DNA of 45,036 bases. Origin: Minisyncoccia bacterium. GTDB lineage: Bacteria; Patescibacteriota; Minisyncoccia; Phycocordibacterales; UBA918. Positions within the stretch are counted from its first letter, which is position 1. Each line of letters opens with the position of its first letter. Shown one piece after another: positions 18,501 through 21,833 of the stretch. A model generated the notes under the pieces. That model saw nothing but the letters and a program-made list of their open reading frames with translations, did not search any database and was not told the DNA's origin. A program made the position numbers and the translations under genes. The stretch is from assembly GCA_041752975.1 (NCBI GenBank), contig JBGSVK010000088.1, forward strand, positions 1 to 45,036. The letters run 5' to 3'.

Positions 18501-19159
18501 TTGTCGTTGATACGTCAGCTGTTCAACATGCTCGAGGTGGCAGTGGAGCTGGTGGTAGTAGTGCTCGCATTGGTGACGATGCTCCTCCGGGGGCGGGGGT
18601 AGTGACTGGTGGTGATGAAGGAGGAGGGGGAGAAGATGGAGCTGGAGAACCACAAGACGGAGCAAATATTGCCCCTGATAATGAATTCTTCCGCCCAACC
18701 ACTACTGGTAGTCCTGATAATGAATGGACTAATGGTGCAAACGCTCTCTTGTCTGATGGTACTTACGCTACAGCTGGTAACTCAAACCTCAAGCAAAGTT
18801 ACTCCAACTTCAACTTTGGTATTCCTACCAATAACACCATTCAAGGTATTGCCGTTAAAATAGACGCTTCTGGAACAACCCCGGCTGGAACCATCGATGT
18901 CTTGCTGTCTTGGGATGGTGGCGGTTCTTACACTGCAGCAAAAGCGACACCAACTCTCTCTGGTAGCGATGTTGTCTATACAGTCGGTGGACCTGGTGAT
19001 ACTTGGGGTCGAACATGGACAGCTTCAGAGTTTGGTTCACTCTTCCACTTACGAGTTTCAGCCCAGGTCTCTGCCAATAGTGTTCGCCTAGATGCTCTAG
19101 AGATTAGAGTCTATCACCAAGCTGGTGGCGGTGGTAGTGGTGGCGGTGGGGGGATTTAG
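521..19159 (+). CDS. Giant secreted or cell-surface mosaic protein (6,212 aa) with Asp-box-like beta-propeller arrays, LamG-like domains and NHL-like arrays
   Basis: Uninterrupted 18,639-nt ORF with a TAG stop. An RBS precedes the ATG. The N-terminal hydrophobic segment FLILSVVCLTLLFFTAVTF is followed by EANA|AE, which looks like a signal peptide. In-frame periodic repeats of 123-150 nt run throughout. There is no LPXTG motif and no C-terminal TM segment. Confidence 0.95.
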   Translation: MFFSESALKSIYTYIVYLTNKFLILSVVCLTLLFFTAVTFEANAAEIKQYDAGIVVYADGSAGIPKYKVFDDLTGLGAEQSATTVGGTAIEWIRVAASPVRDEWIIVTRDAGDRIAAQVCTGINDGISCGATTTISATAGTHGLQNFDVAYEQLSGHALIVYGTATADELRKIEWVNGAWTSDAAITTTKTSGTVEWVELTSQRGSDQIAIGYADSNDEVSAYRWSGTSAANEATAVITATASQADVRKFDISFEGISGDMIIASPLANAGTTAFGHMTSAGTWTIVANTEPDNITAFIDLQEQGPDDDVAMLAHGSTTANNPTEGYELNGATPNTTTTGMVDATVAVDTTTTVWGVNYMMTSVAYLSPTYYAVGVFSDVTGADDINWFTMNNAGVWTAQTDNTRTRGTIRFTSMFDYPNQNKVLLLSSDSNSDLWIDTNAGTTTGATAWVDRTSAGAVETALSSATTKVYDFAFRLSPAILGVLYTDNGITADTSGRTIKMAVGTSTLSVHTATTTTGGEWAFNNVLINATSGTPFTIWHDGTTNDATTIVSGYVNSFSTTSLASSSITNVPLYYGHTVVYGATSTASSTASTTSQVNFANFYNYDSTDDADILYTFQSTSTATTSSHLFIKQGEFIPTENLNITGDYTNQGRFGGAGENWLPRSADANAWYAVTYGNGIFVAVAGSGSNRVMTSTDGITWTPRSVAGNNDIWEDVTYGNGMFVAVGSGASGDHVMYSSDGTTWTTTTAAGDDDAWYEVTYGNGLFVAVSGSANGTTRVMTSPDGITWTAGSEAGNNDDWYSLVYGKGIFVAVGNSTGAGDSVMYSSDGITWATSTALGDNDLWLSVTYGNGLFVAVGNTGDRIMTSPDGITWTARSAAGDNDDWFGVTYGNGLFVATGYSGTDRVITSADGINWKLVSAVGNDDGWRDVTYGNGMFVAVGNSGDRVMTSKDSSLFFSTTSPQFLAGNLTGASQLRNVTFNGSTTNNTIAPTHGLLGYWNFENSEVNWTSASAGTVNDLSGNGYTGTMASMSSSTSPVIGKVGQAFDFDAVDDAVTIDAARQDDFNPGTGSFSVSVWAKPENINQTGAFVAKRRSGGNYERWWVGACITTACTAGKRIYFSNIGVTPGDARVLITNSDVVDGNWHHVVAVTDADSQTIKLYVDGVEPASTLTSTGAWPDITHTSPVQFGASTAGSFELNGAVDEVRYYNRALSAAEVTALYNEKPKVFSDNASTTDLTINSSIAVAPKALTVAGNYTNSDTFRAGLGTTTFSGNVPQTLSGNMTASSSFYNAHFLEAGTKKLLSNASTTNFFVASSSGDVVLPPAFDVSRDYTNNGVTTHAGAVWTARSVAGNNDSWRDITYANGLFVAVGNSGDRVITSTDGINWDVRTPPVSAGWYGVTYGNGLYVVTASGGEIITSPDGITWTQRTAPAGGAWLDVAYGNGTFVAGGWNACATACLMYSTDGINWATTTPPVNNSWYGVTYGGGLFVAVGYGIVTKSVITSPDGINWTARDIGANDGRWISVDYGNGMFVAVGGYLDNSQKVATSPDGINWTVRSVSGNNDNWWDVTFCDGLFVAVATSTTNGVFTSPDGINWREYPSVFTSISYQSDIACGNGIMVAVSSGDTNRVMTAHDTTTFFSGSTSQNISGNLTGASTFRDVVFNGTGSKTFASSSASTTSFTVASTSGEVITPQNLSVAGDYENRGSVVQAGRTWSVVSALGDNDTWRDVVYAQGLFVAISSGGDRIMTSPDGLIWTVRTVGTNNNSEGIAYGNGMFVVVGNAQSVVLTSPDGLTWSTSTAPSASGWNGIAYGNGLFVAVADTGTDRVMTSPDGVNWTARSAAGNDDYWYGVTYGNGLFVAVAYRTTADRIMTSPDGINWTVRSVGGNDDGWIQAAYGNGVYVAVAFTGNDRVAYSYDGLTWATTSVAGNDDSWWGVTYGNGLFVAVGTSTSHSVITSPDGVNWTAVSAAGDNDSWRFVTYGDGKFVAVGCHQQPCVTSTGSDRVMISYDTNTFFDGSNDQTISGDLTGDSLLRSVIFEEKGTKTFIDTASTTDFMVATSSGEVITSTNIAIAGDYENRGRVSHAGTVWATTSVAGNNDNWGDVIYAEDQFVAVGYSGDDRLMTSPDGLTWTVRTAPEANSWRGIAYGNGRYVAVSNTGTNRVIYSLDGINWATSSAAQANQWYAVTYGNGTFVAVSRDGTDRVMYSYNGINWATTSAAEVKEWWGITYGNGLFVAVTTTGGSNQVMTSPDGINWTARATTGIDGDWNAVTYGNGRFVAVSYNNDLVMWSDDGINWTASDVPNNDDWWDVTYGDGLFVAIGTSTAHSNLIMTSPDGITWTSREVPDGGESWYGIGYGNGRFVGVGYGGPSRVMTSSDTSTFFTSVNDQVISGNLTGASQLRAVNFEEKGSKTFEDNASTTNFTVGSASSTGEVIMPQNIDIAGDYANLGAVANFGVNWTTVTAAENDDNWGDVIYAEDQFVAVGYSGDDRLMTSPDGVNWTTVSVAGNNDGWNEITYGNGRFVAVSCGASCSTAGDVVMYSDDGVTWATTSAAGNNDDWYAVTYGNGVFVAGAIAGDTRVMNSTDGITWTPLSVLGDDDGWSAIVYGGGQFVAVARSGGNRIMTSPDGTNWTPQSALGDNDSWNSVTYGNGLYVASAFAGDHRLMTSPDGVNWTARYFPDSNNFTGSVRFLNGLFFAFNGNTARGHMTSPDGINWTVRSVAGDDDSWAHPAYGNGTLVYVSLGGSNRVMYSKVGTTTFNGSNAQDISGKLYGEGTFGNVQFTGEGAKTFSDRASTTNIYINNRATTTFASTLHVYDDFSASAGARISLADNATTTIKDQLLLAGTSTNLVYLVSETSGQASNLVLLGSSTITNTYVQDSNACGSIGGGITATSSTDGGNNTCWTFTSEGGAVNFYVTGILYEANRTTPYATSTTVKLNVATSTTNTFSTTTVATTGAFSFSVSAGTVATGTPITVFIDGSAVIKAVTVTKTANSGANTISNLPLYKNHVTIKNEATGTTTKASDLVHYDSVNDSDIQFTASSTLGTLNALGTTTLYVASGTTFHLDYPTTAHGFVVATTTSTVLASSTLTLTGNYANFGTFTAGTSTVYASSSAPTSAYTGFSFDTAASGNTTPQGIVSYGSYIYVTDNAGSQVYRYNSDGTYSGFTFDTAASGNSNPVGITVYNDYLYVVDLGDAEVYRYNLDGTYSGFSFDTAASGNALPYSITAYNDYFYVIDNTDDEVYRYNSDGTYSGFSFDTAASGNTSTFGITTYNGFLFSTDSTDTEVYIYTMTGAYTGVSFDIASSGNGTAYGITAHNGYFYIVDGADDEVYQYNVGQGFSGNMTGSSAFNDIVFTGSSGKDFVNNASTTGNFTISTSSGEVRAPLGLSIAGNYTNSTSTGFNANSGTTTFSGTGTQTIAGFATGTSAFDNVVFSGTGTKYFATSSSASTTNFVVNTGSGEVITSPALTVSGNYVNNSTTTMVGLNWVARSAAGNDDGWRGVTYGNGRFVAVSPGIDTVMTSPDGITWTAQTTAGITGQWWGVAYGEGLFVAVGVGSGADRLMTSPDGVNWTRRDIAGNDDNWRAVVYAQGQFVAVACGTNATTACSGAGDRVATSPDGITWTTFAIDPGNTDGWIGITYGNGLYVAVSAVGDQVMTSPDGVDWTAQTNPTGSWISVAYGNGNYVAVSYASTNRIMSSPDGVTWTSRLDSTGSKSLEYVIFANGTFVAVGNTVMTSPDGITWTEHTILRNNDAWRSMAYGNGRLVAVGIGGDRVMTLDDTSLIFSGNEDQTISGNLDGGSSFRSVSFTGSGIKTITNNASTTNFTIAAGTTVVAPVAVAIANNATNTGELITSAGDTWVSASGTEASIYYNVAFGEGIFVAVSSGGTKRVITSSDGINWTKRDAAEQNRWISVTYGDGKFVAVADSGTNRSMYSFDGITWATSSAAENNLWYGVTYGDGQFVAVSCSGTNRVMTSPDGISWSPQLAAEANCWTSVTYGGGQFVAVADSGTNRVMTSPDGINWSPQLAAEANSWNSISYGNGRFVSVAYSGTNRVMYSLDGITWATSSATQNIAWYGITYGNGMFLAVGTSTENNVMTSPDGITWTAYNGSENSVWWGAVYGNERFVVVGGSGSRAMASQEGRIYLNGSSAQTVTGTLTGTSRLANVTISNRVGTTTFGSALEVGTLNMPVIGSIAYLKSSATSTINNLNITGSSSQLTKLRSTTYGTQSSIDVVDSYDISYLDVKDSNACGSVNGWINAGDTSTDSGNNNCWFFFAGDGDTVTVTGVLYESDRITPYATSTLVKLNVATSTINTFSATTTAGTGAFSFSALISGNFATGTPVTIFTDGSAVIKAVTVTKSNGTTTLSSLPLYKDHITITNQGIGSTTKASDLVHYDSVTDSDIQFTASSTLGTLAVATGQTLYVASGTTFHLDYPTTAHTLEIATTSTFLASSTLSLSGNYQNNGTFYAGNSTTTFANNVEAQLIAGNLSGASTFNHLAFTSTSTQGSTDGLVGYWNFENNSTRWYTTTDGTFYDVSPYGNHGTDVAMFATTSVAGKIGQGITFDGVDDFIEVADDDSFTMGDNPVTIASWVKFTSAASTSYQFIVTQNNDSFELNKSSTNALRMEMICSNATARRANESVASLTQPDRWYHVVGIFTPTTGAFQFYVDGSSRAVTYIDAQSPCTIKDSSNLVWIGLRGGMFLKGSVDELRIYNRALDATEVAALYNEKPKIFNNDATANNFIVNSGIIVSPTNLNISGNYTNLGTYRGGISNTNFNGSGAQLLSGNMTESSTFASTTFSNTGTKTFADNASTTNFMIASSTTTVVAPSVLHVGGYYTNNGTFTNNSGTVLFGSEVTSIATYTGESFSTSGSGNANPTGSVIAEGYLWIADEVDDRIYKYNTDGTYTGVNFSTAGSGATNPHGLTYGDGYLWISDYVTSIVYQYTTAGTYTGFSFSITGAGAGGTPYGITFADGYLWIASDNQDDVYKFNTDGTYTGISFDTAGAGNNIPNGITYAGGYFWVTDWGDDRVYQYTASGTYTGNFFGDSNTINGPTGIVYIDGYLWVNGFINVRAYKFSLGQLISGNLTGTSAFNTVEFGDSNQKFIITPLGTTDFTIKANSGPVTAPTSTLTISGNYTNNNSDGFIHNSGTTTFNGSVSQILSGTMTNVSAFNNILFSGSGTKTFASTSASTTNFVVQSGSGEVIAPSALTVSGNYSNNSTTSMSGSRWTAYSATQANSWGSLAYGNGKFVAVSYNGTNRVMYSTDGITWATSTAAQANLWFAITYGNGKFVAVSGDGTNRVMYSTDGITWATSTAAQANPWYSVAYGNGKFVAVSYNGTNRVMYSTDGITWATSSAPEANAWYSVTYGNGKFVAVACGINSTTCNFTGGGSRVMSSTDGINWVGHSATSASEWYAVTYGNGLFVAVARSGSDLIMTSPDGANWTARSAPESNFWLSVTYGNGLFVALATNGTNRVMTSPNGITWTPYIAAEDNAWYDVVYGNGKFVAVAGNGTNRVMTSDDTTAFFNSSADQTISGNLTGASQLRSVNFGGLGTKTFSSNASTTNFFIATSTATVTAPTILSVSGDFTNRSNFNDNSGTVILSGENQTVLGTTTFHNLTKFATDRATTTFEAGALFTIENNFTFSGYNATNTHALRSSVDGTQWKIDPQGTRTLSYLDVKDSNNINVTTVSCGTGCIDGTGNTNWSFAGVGFDNLSSGDNYHFYVGQGTTTLDTIFITSEAAAATDLRLTIATTTTNFRFDTGTTNLTLTGTGASKVSTSVTYENGGATLVLNVTNNLSLGDTLGVSGIKVGSFASVSTTTSAFTLHTDGNIIGAPAATDSKTIRITGRLAVTNHASGQVGNEFNFQNKVDKPIFAFNLQAIGENATITDMVVTLSGVQGIDSSNISDFKLYRDNNNNQTLDGPDLLIDGSGILTVNGQHGAITFSTDFVASSSVNYFVTADINSISVGDAVVVKFLANGITALGATSQYSPVVVVDTSAVQHARGGSGAGGSSARIGDDAPPGAGVVTGGDEGGGGEDGAGEPQDGANIAPDNEFFRPTTTGSPDNEWTNGANALLSDGTYATAGNSNLKQSYSNFNFGIPTNNTIQGIAVKIDASGTTPAGTIDVLLSWDGGGSYTAAKATPTLSGSDVVYTVGGPGDTWGRTWTASEFGSLFHLRVSAQVSANSVRLDALEIRVYHQAGGGGSGGGGGI
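2501..3378 (+). repeat. Propeller array 1 of 8: seven tandem blade repeats with the (Y/F)GNGxFVAVG ... (M/I)TSxDGxxW signature
   Basis: I counted seven YG(N/K)G motifs, each followed by SxDGxxW. This is Asp-box-like but one residue shorter than the canonical BNR motif SxDxGxTW. The array spans about 293 aa. Confidence 0.8.
3500..4207 (+). other. LamG / concanavalin-A-like lectin domain, copy 1 (Laminin_G_3-like)
   Basis: The segment runs from HGLLGYWNFEN through FDFDAVDD, FSVSVWAKP and NWHHVVAV to GAVDEVRYYNRALSAAEVTALYNEKPKVF. This is the typical LamG_3 pattern, including the (V/I)DE(V/L)R(I/Y)YNRAL(S/T)xxE(I/V) ending. Confidence 0.75.
4550..5428 (+). repeat. Propeller array 2 of 8 (seven blades)
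   Basis: Seven (Y/F/C)(A/G/C)(N/G/D)G motifs alternate with SxDGI(N/T)W, from AVWTARSVAGNNDSW to NRVMTAHD. Confidence 0.8.
5660..6553 (+). repeat. Propeller array 3 of 8 (seven blades)
   Basis: Seven blades from RTWSVVSALGDNDTW to SDRVMISYD, with the same motif pair. Confidence 0.8.
6782..7654 (+). repeat. Propeller array 4 of 8 (seven blades)
   Basis: Seven blades from TVWATTSVAGNNDNW to SRVMTSSD. The first blade shares a 92-nt identical tract with the first blade of array 5. Confidence 0.8.
7889..8782 (+). repeat. Propeller array 5 of 8 (seven blades)
   Basis: Seven blades from VNWTTVTAAENDDNW to NRVMYSKV. Confidence 0.8.
9257..9739 (+). repeat. About 160-aa Thr-rich beta-sandwich-like module (VTGILYE...LYVASGTTFHLDYPTTAH), copy 1
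   Basis: This aligns along its full length with 13358-13837 at high protein similarity and roughly three-quarters nucleotide identity by eye. A more distant copy lies at about 1958-2390 (ILGVLYTDNG...). No family assignment is possible from sequence alone. Confidence 0.7.
9878..10537 (+). repeat. NHL-like array 1: five tandem 44-aa repeats (132-nt period)
   Basis: Five copies of Y(S/T)GFSFDTAASGNxxPxGITxYNxYxYVxDxxDxEVYRYNxDGT, spanning exactly 660 nt. The P-x-G-I ... Y-V-x-D ... V-Y-x-Y pattern matches the NHL/YVTN-type blade logic. Confidence 0.7.
10973..11857 (+). repeat. Propeller array 6 of 8 (seven blades)
   Basis: Seven blades from LNWVARSAAGNDDGW to GDRVMTLDD. Confidence 0.8.
12086..12940 (+). 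repeat. Propeller array 7 of 8 (seven blades; strict 123-nt period in its centre)
   Basis: Seven blades from DTWVSASGTEASIYY to SRAMASQE. Positions 12428-12491 and 12551-12614 differ at a single base. Confidence 0.8.
13358..13837 (+). repeat. About 160-aa Thr-rich module, copy 2 (VTGVLYESDR...LYVASGTTFHLDYPTTAH)
   Basis: Paralogous to 9257-9739. Shared strings include TPYATST.VKLNVATST.NTFS, GTP(I/V)T(V/I)F(I/T)DGSAVIKAVTVTK and KASDLVHYDSV(N/T)DSDIQFTASSTLGTL. Confidence 0.7.
14048..14719 (+). other. LamG / concanavalin-A-like lectin domain, copy 2
   Basis: The segment runs from DGLVGYWNFENN through ITFDGVDDFIEV and RWYHVVGIF to GSVDELRIYNRALDATEVAALYNEKPKIF. It is paralogous to 3500-4207. 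Confidence 0.75.
15104..15760 (+). repeat. NHL-like array 2: five tandem repeats of about 44 aa
   Basis: Five copies of YTGxxFSTxGSGxxNPxG(I/L)T(Y/F)xDGYLW(I/V)xDxxxDx(I/V)Y(K/Q)(Y/F)xTxGT. Confidence 0.7.
16196..17083 (+). repeat. Propeller array 8 of 8 (seven blades; three near-identical 123-nt units)
   Basis: Seven blades from SRWTAYSATQANSW to NRVMTSDD. Exact repeats: 16301-16350 = 16424-16473 and 16407-16460 = 16530-16583. Confidence 0.85.
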
Positions 19160-19256
19160 GAGGAGAAAAACTTAAAGTTATGCACAAAAATGATTAATAA
19201 TAAACAAAAAAAGCTTTATTTTTGGTAGAATTAAGGCATTAAAAGAATATAAACAT

Positions 19257-19958
19257 ATGAACACAAAACATTATTTTACAGTGGCTACACAAGCATTGAT
19301 TGCTTCCACGTTAATTTTGGCGATGTTGGGGGCAGGCTACTTGTTTGCAGAGCCACAAGTGGGTAGGGCACAAGCCACAAGTACTTTTACCATCTCTCAA
19401 TTAATTACCGGAGAAATTTCCTTCTTGGTTTATGGTGCCACCACCACTTTGTCAGGACCTTTAAATGGTATTACTGGAGGTACAGCTAACGGTTCAACAA
19501 GTGTAAAGGTACAAACCAACAGTGCGACAGGCTATGTGATGGATATTAAATTTGCCACTACCTCAACCGGTAATGCTATGCAAGCTTCAAATAATCCAAC
19601 AGCTTCAATTCATGACTTACCAGCCTCAAGTACTGAGCCTCATTACTTATTCTCAACCGCTAGTACCGCTGCAGTATTTGGCTATACCATCTCGGCTCCA
19701 CAAGCTTCAGATATTGCGCAAGCTTTTCTAGATGATAGTTCTGGTGCCTGTAATCAGCCTGGTGGAGATGCTAATGAGGATACTTGTTGGATGGAGCCAA
19801 GTTTTGCAAATTATCGTGTAGTTGATAGAGATAGTGCAGCGACTATTGGAGCTACTACCACGATTCATTTCCGTGTTCATGTACCAAACAACCCAGCTCC
19901 TGGCCTTGTAGCAGATACTTATGTTGCTACTGCCACCTTGACGGCAGCCAACCAATAG
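19257..19958 (+). CDS. Secreted 233-aa protein, candidate degenerate WxL-domain-like surface protein (paralogue of 21057..21833)
   Basis: It has an N-terminal signal-like segment (ALIASTLILAMLGAGYLFA). It shares LNGITGGTANGSTSVKVQTNSATGYVMDIKF and the C-terminal GATTTIHFRVHV...ADTYVATATLTA with the 258-aa paralogue. The family call is pattern recognition only. Confidence 0.85.
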   Translation: MNTKHYFTVATQALIASTLILAMLGAGYLFAEPQVGRAQATSTFTISQLITGEISFLVYGATTTLSGPLNGITGGTANGSTSVKVQTNSATGYVMDIKFATTSTGNAMQASNNPTASIHDLPASSTEPHYLFSTASTAAVFGYTISAPQASDIAQAFLDDSSGACNQPGGDANEDTCWMEPSFANYRVVDRDSAATIGATTTIHFRVHVPNNPAPGLVADTYVATATLTAANQ

Positions 19959-19973
19959 AGTTACTGTAGTCGG

Positions 19974-21053
19974 ATGACTATGACTACATTTTGTGTTCGA
20001 AAATTTGTTTATATTACCTTTTTGATTGTTAGTGGCCTGCTTCTGGCGACTCTAACTGTCAATGCTCAAGACAACACCCAAGCCTCTGGCGAGGGTGTTG
20101 TTTCTGCCTCTAGTACTCAAGAAGTATCTACCAGTACGGCAGTGTTGCCGGTAGATGACAGATCTTGGATGAAGATAGAAAAGCTGACTGGGACTGTAGA
20201 TCAAGGTGACTTTGTAGTCGGACCGGGCAGGGCAGAAATTGAAATCAAGCCAGGTCAAACTATTACTTATGATATCTCAATTACCAACCGTATCAGTAAT
20301 GAGCGTCAATTTCAGTTGGCTGTAGAGGATATTTCTGGTTCAGAAGATGGAAGTAAGTCTGTGATAATGCTGGGTGATGAACGCGGGCCATACAGTATCA
20401 AAGATTATATTTCTTTCCCAAAGAATACTTTTAATTTGGATTTAGGAGAGAGAGCAAGGATTCCTGTGACTATTAGTATTCCTAAAGATGCTGAGCCTGG
20501 TGGTTATTACGGAAGTATTCTAGTTTCTACAATTAGATTGGGTAGTGATAATGTGCCGGTAGGAGGAGCTAGTTCACCAATTATTGCTCGTATTGGTACC
20601 TTGTTTTTTATTACCGTTCCTGGCGATGTGAAGAGAGGAGGTGAATTTAAAGACTTTAGTCTAATTAATGAAAAACTATGGTACGAAAGTGGTCCAATAG
20701 ACATGGCTTTGTTATATGAAAATACTGGCTCCATCCATTTAAATCCCTATGGAGAGATTAGAATCAAGAATCTCTTTGATGAAGAAGTAGGTTTTGTCGA
20801 GCTGGAACCTTGGTTTTCATTACCTGGCTCTATGCGCTCGCGTGAGGTAAGTTGGGATAGGGAACTTCTCTTGGGGCGCTACACAGTCACCGCCTCAATT
20901 AATCGTGGTTATGACGATATAGTTGACGAAAAGACTTTAACTTTTTGGGTTTTGCCTTGGAAATTTATTGGTGGAATCTTTGCTGTTCTATTTATCATTA
21001 TTTTCTGTATTCGCTTTTTCTTCAGAACGTTTGAATTTAAACGTCGAGGATAA
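19974..21053 (+). CDS. Signal peptide plus two beta-sandwich-like halves plus C-terminal TM anchor; DUF916/DUF3324 (CscA-type)-like surface protein
   Basis: The signal peptide ends LTVNA|QD. Diagnostic strings are IPVTISIPKDAEPGGYYGSILVST and LPGSMRSREVSWDRELLLGRYTVTASI. The C-terminal TM segment is WKFIGGIFAVLFIIIFCIRFFF with a basic tail ending KRRG. The gene starts 15 nt after the previous stop. Confidence 0.85.
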   Translation: MTMTTFCVRKFVYITFLIVSGLLLATLTVNAQDNTQASGEGVVSASSTQEVSTSTAVLPVDDRSWMKIEKLTGTVDQGDFVVGPGRAEIEIKPGQTITYDISITNRISNERQFQLAVEDISGSEDGSKSVIMLGDERGPYSIKDYISFPKNTFNLDLGERARIPVTISIPKDAEPGGYYGSILVSTIRLGSDNVPVGGASSPIIARIGTLFFITVPGDVKRGGEFKDFSLINEKLWYESGPIDMALLYENTGSIHLNPYGEIRIKNLFDEEVGFVELEPWFSLPGSMRSREVSWDRELLLGRYTVTASINRGYDDIVDEKTLTFWVLPWKFIGGIFAVLFIIIFCIRFFFRTFEFKRRG

Positions 21054-21056
21054 ACT

Positions 21057-21833
21057 ATGTTTTTAAGTTCTTTCTACAAAACCTTCGTTCAGGCATTAAT
21101 TTTGACAGCGATTTTTTTGGTAACACTGGCTATTACTGGTGCTCAAGTGAGGACGAGTCCAAGCTACCAGCTACAGAGCGATAGTGTTAACTTTGGTGGT
21201 GGTCTTTCTACCTCTACCAACTATGGTTTAGAGAGTACGGCGGGTGAAGTAGCTACTGGAGATTCAGAAAGCTCTACCTATCGTTTGCGAGCTGGCTATC
21301 AGCAGATGCAGGAAGTTTATTTGAGTATGACAGAAGCATTGGACGTTGTTATGTCGCCAAATCTGGGGGGTTTAACAGGGGGTACTGCTAATGGTTCAAC
21401 AAGTGTATCGGTTTTGACTGATAGTCCTAGTGGCTATCAGCTTACTATTCAGGCTGAATCAGCGCCTGCTATGCAGATGATTTCGCTTCTTGAATCAATT
21501 TCAGATTATAGTCCTATTGATTCTCCTGAAGCGGATTATACTTTTACTACGTCTGCTAGTGATGCACACTTTGGTTATTCTCCAGAGGGAGTAGATATTG
21601 TCACTTACTTTAAAGACGATGGAATTTCTATTTGTGGTTCAGGGCTTCTTGATACAGCGCTTACTTGCTGGGACGGTCTTACTACTTCTGAGGTAATAAT
21701 TGCTCAAGGTCCCGCCAATCAACCAGATGGTGCAACAACAACAATTAATTTTAGAGTTGGGGTTGGAGCAAATGCCGGGGTAATTGCTGGCACTTATGTC
21801 GCTACTACTACTTTGACAGCAATTCCAATATGA
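21057..21833 (+). CDS. Secreted 258-aa paralogue of 19257..19958 (degenerate WxL-like candidate)
   Basis: It has a signal-like N-terminus and three S-x-(N/S/T)-Y-x-L repeats (SPSYQL, STNYGL, SSTYRL). Shared strings are LGGLTGGTANGSTSVSVLTDSPSGYQLTIQA and the C-terminal GATTTINFRVGV...AGTYVATTTLTA. It starts 3 nt after the previous stop and ends in TGA. Confidence 0.85.
   Translation: MFLSSFYKTFVQALILTAIFLVTLAITGAQVRTSPSYQLQSDSVNFGGGLSTSTNYGLESTAGEVATGDSESSTYRLRAGYQQMQEVYLSMTEALDVVMSPNLGGLTGGTANGSTSVSVLTDSPSGYQLTIQAESAPAMQMISLLESISDYSPIDSPEADYTFTTSASDAHFGYSPEGVDIVTYFKDDGISICGSGLLDTALTCWDGLTTSEVIIAQGPANQPDGATTTINFRVGVGANAGVIAGTYVATTTLTAIPI

Noticed and set aside
521-19159. Possibility that the near-identical tracts are a diversity-generating retroelement template/variable-repeat pair.
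   Set aside because: The window has no reverse transcriptase gene. The repeat pairs are either perfectly identical or differ at mixed positions, not specifically at adenines. The repeats are structural blades, not a C-type-lectin variable region.
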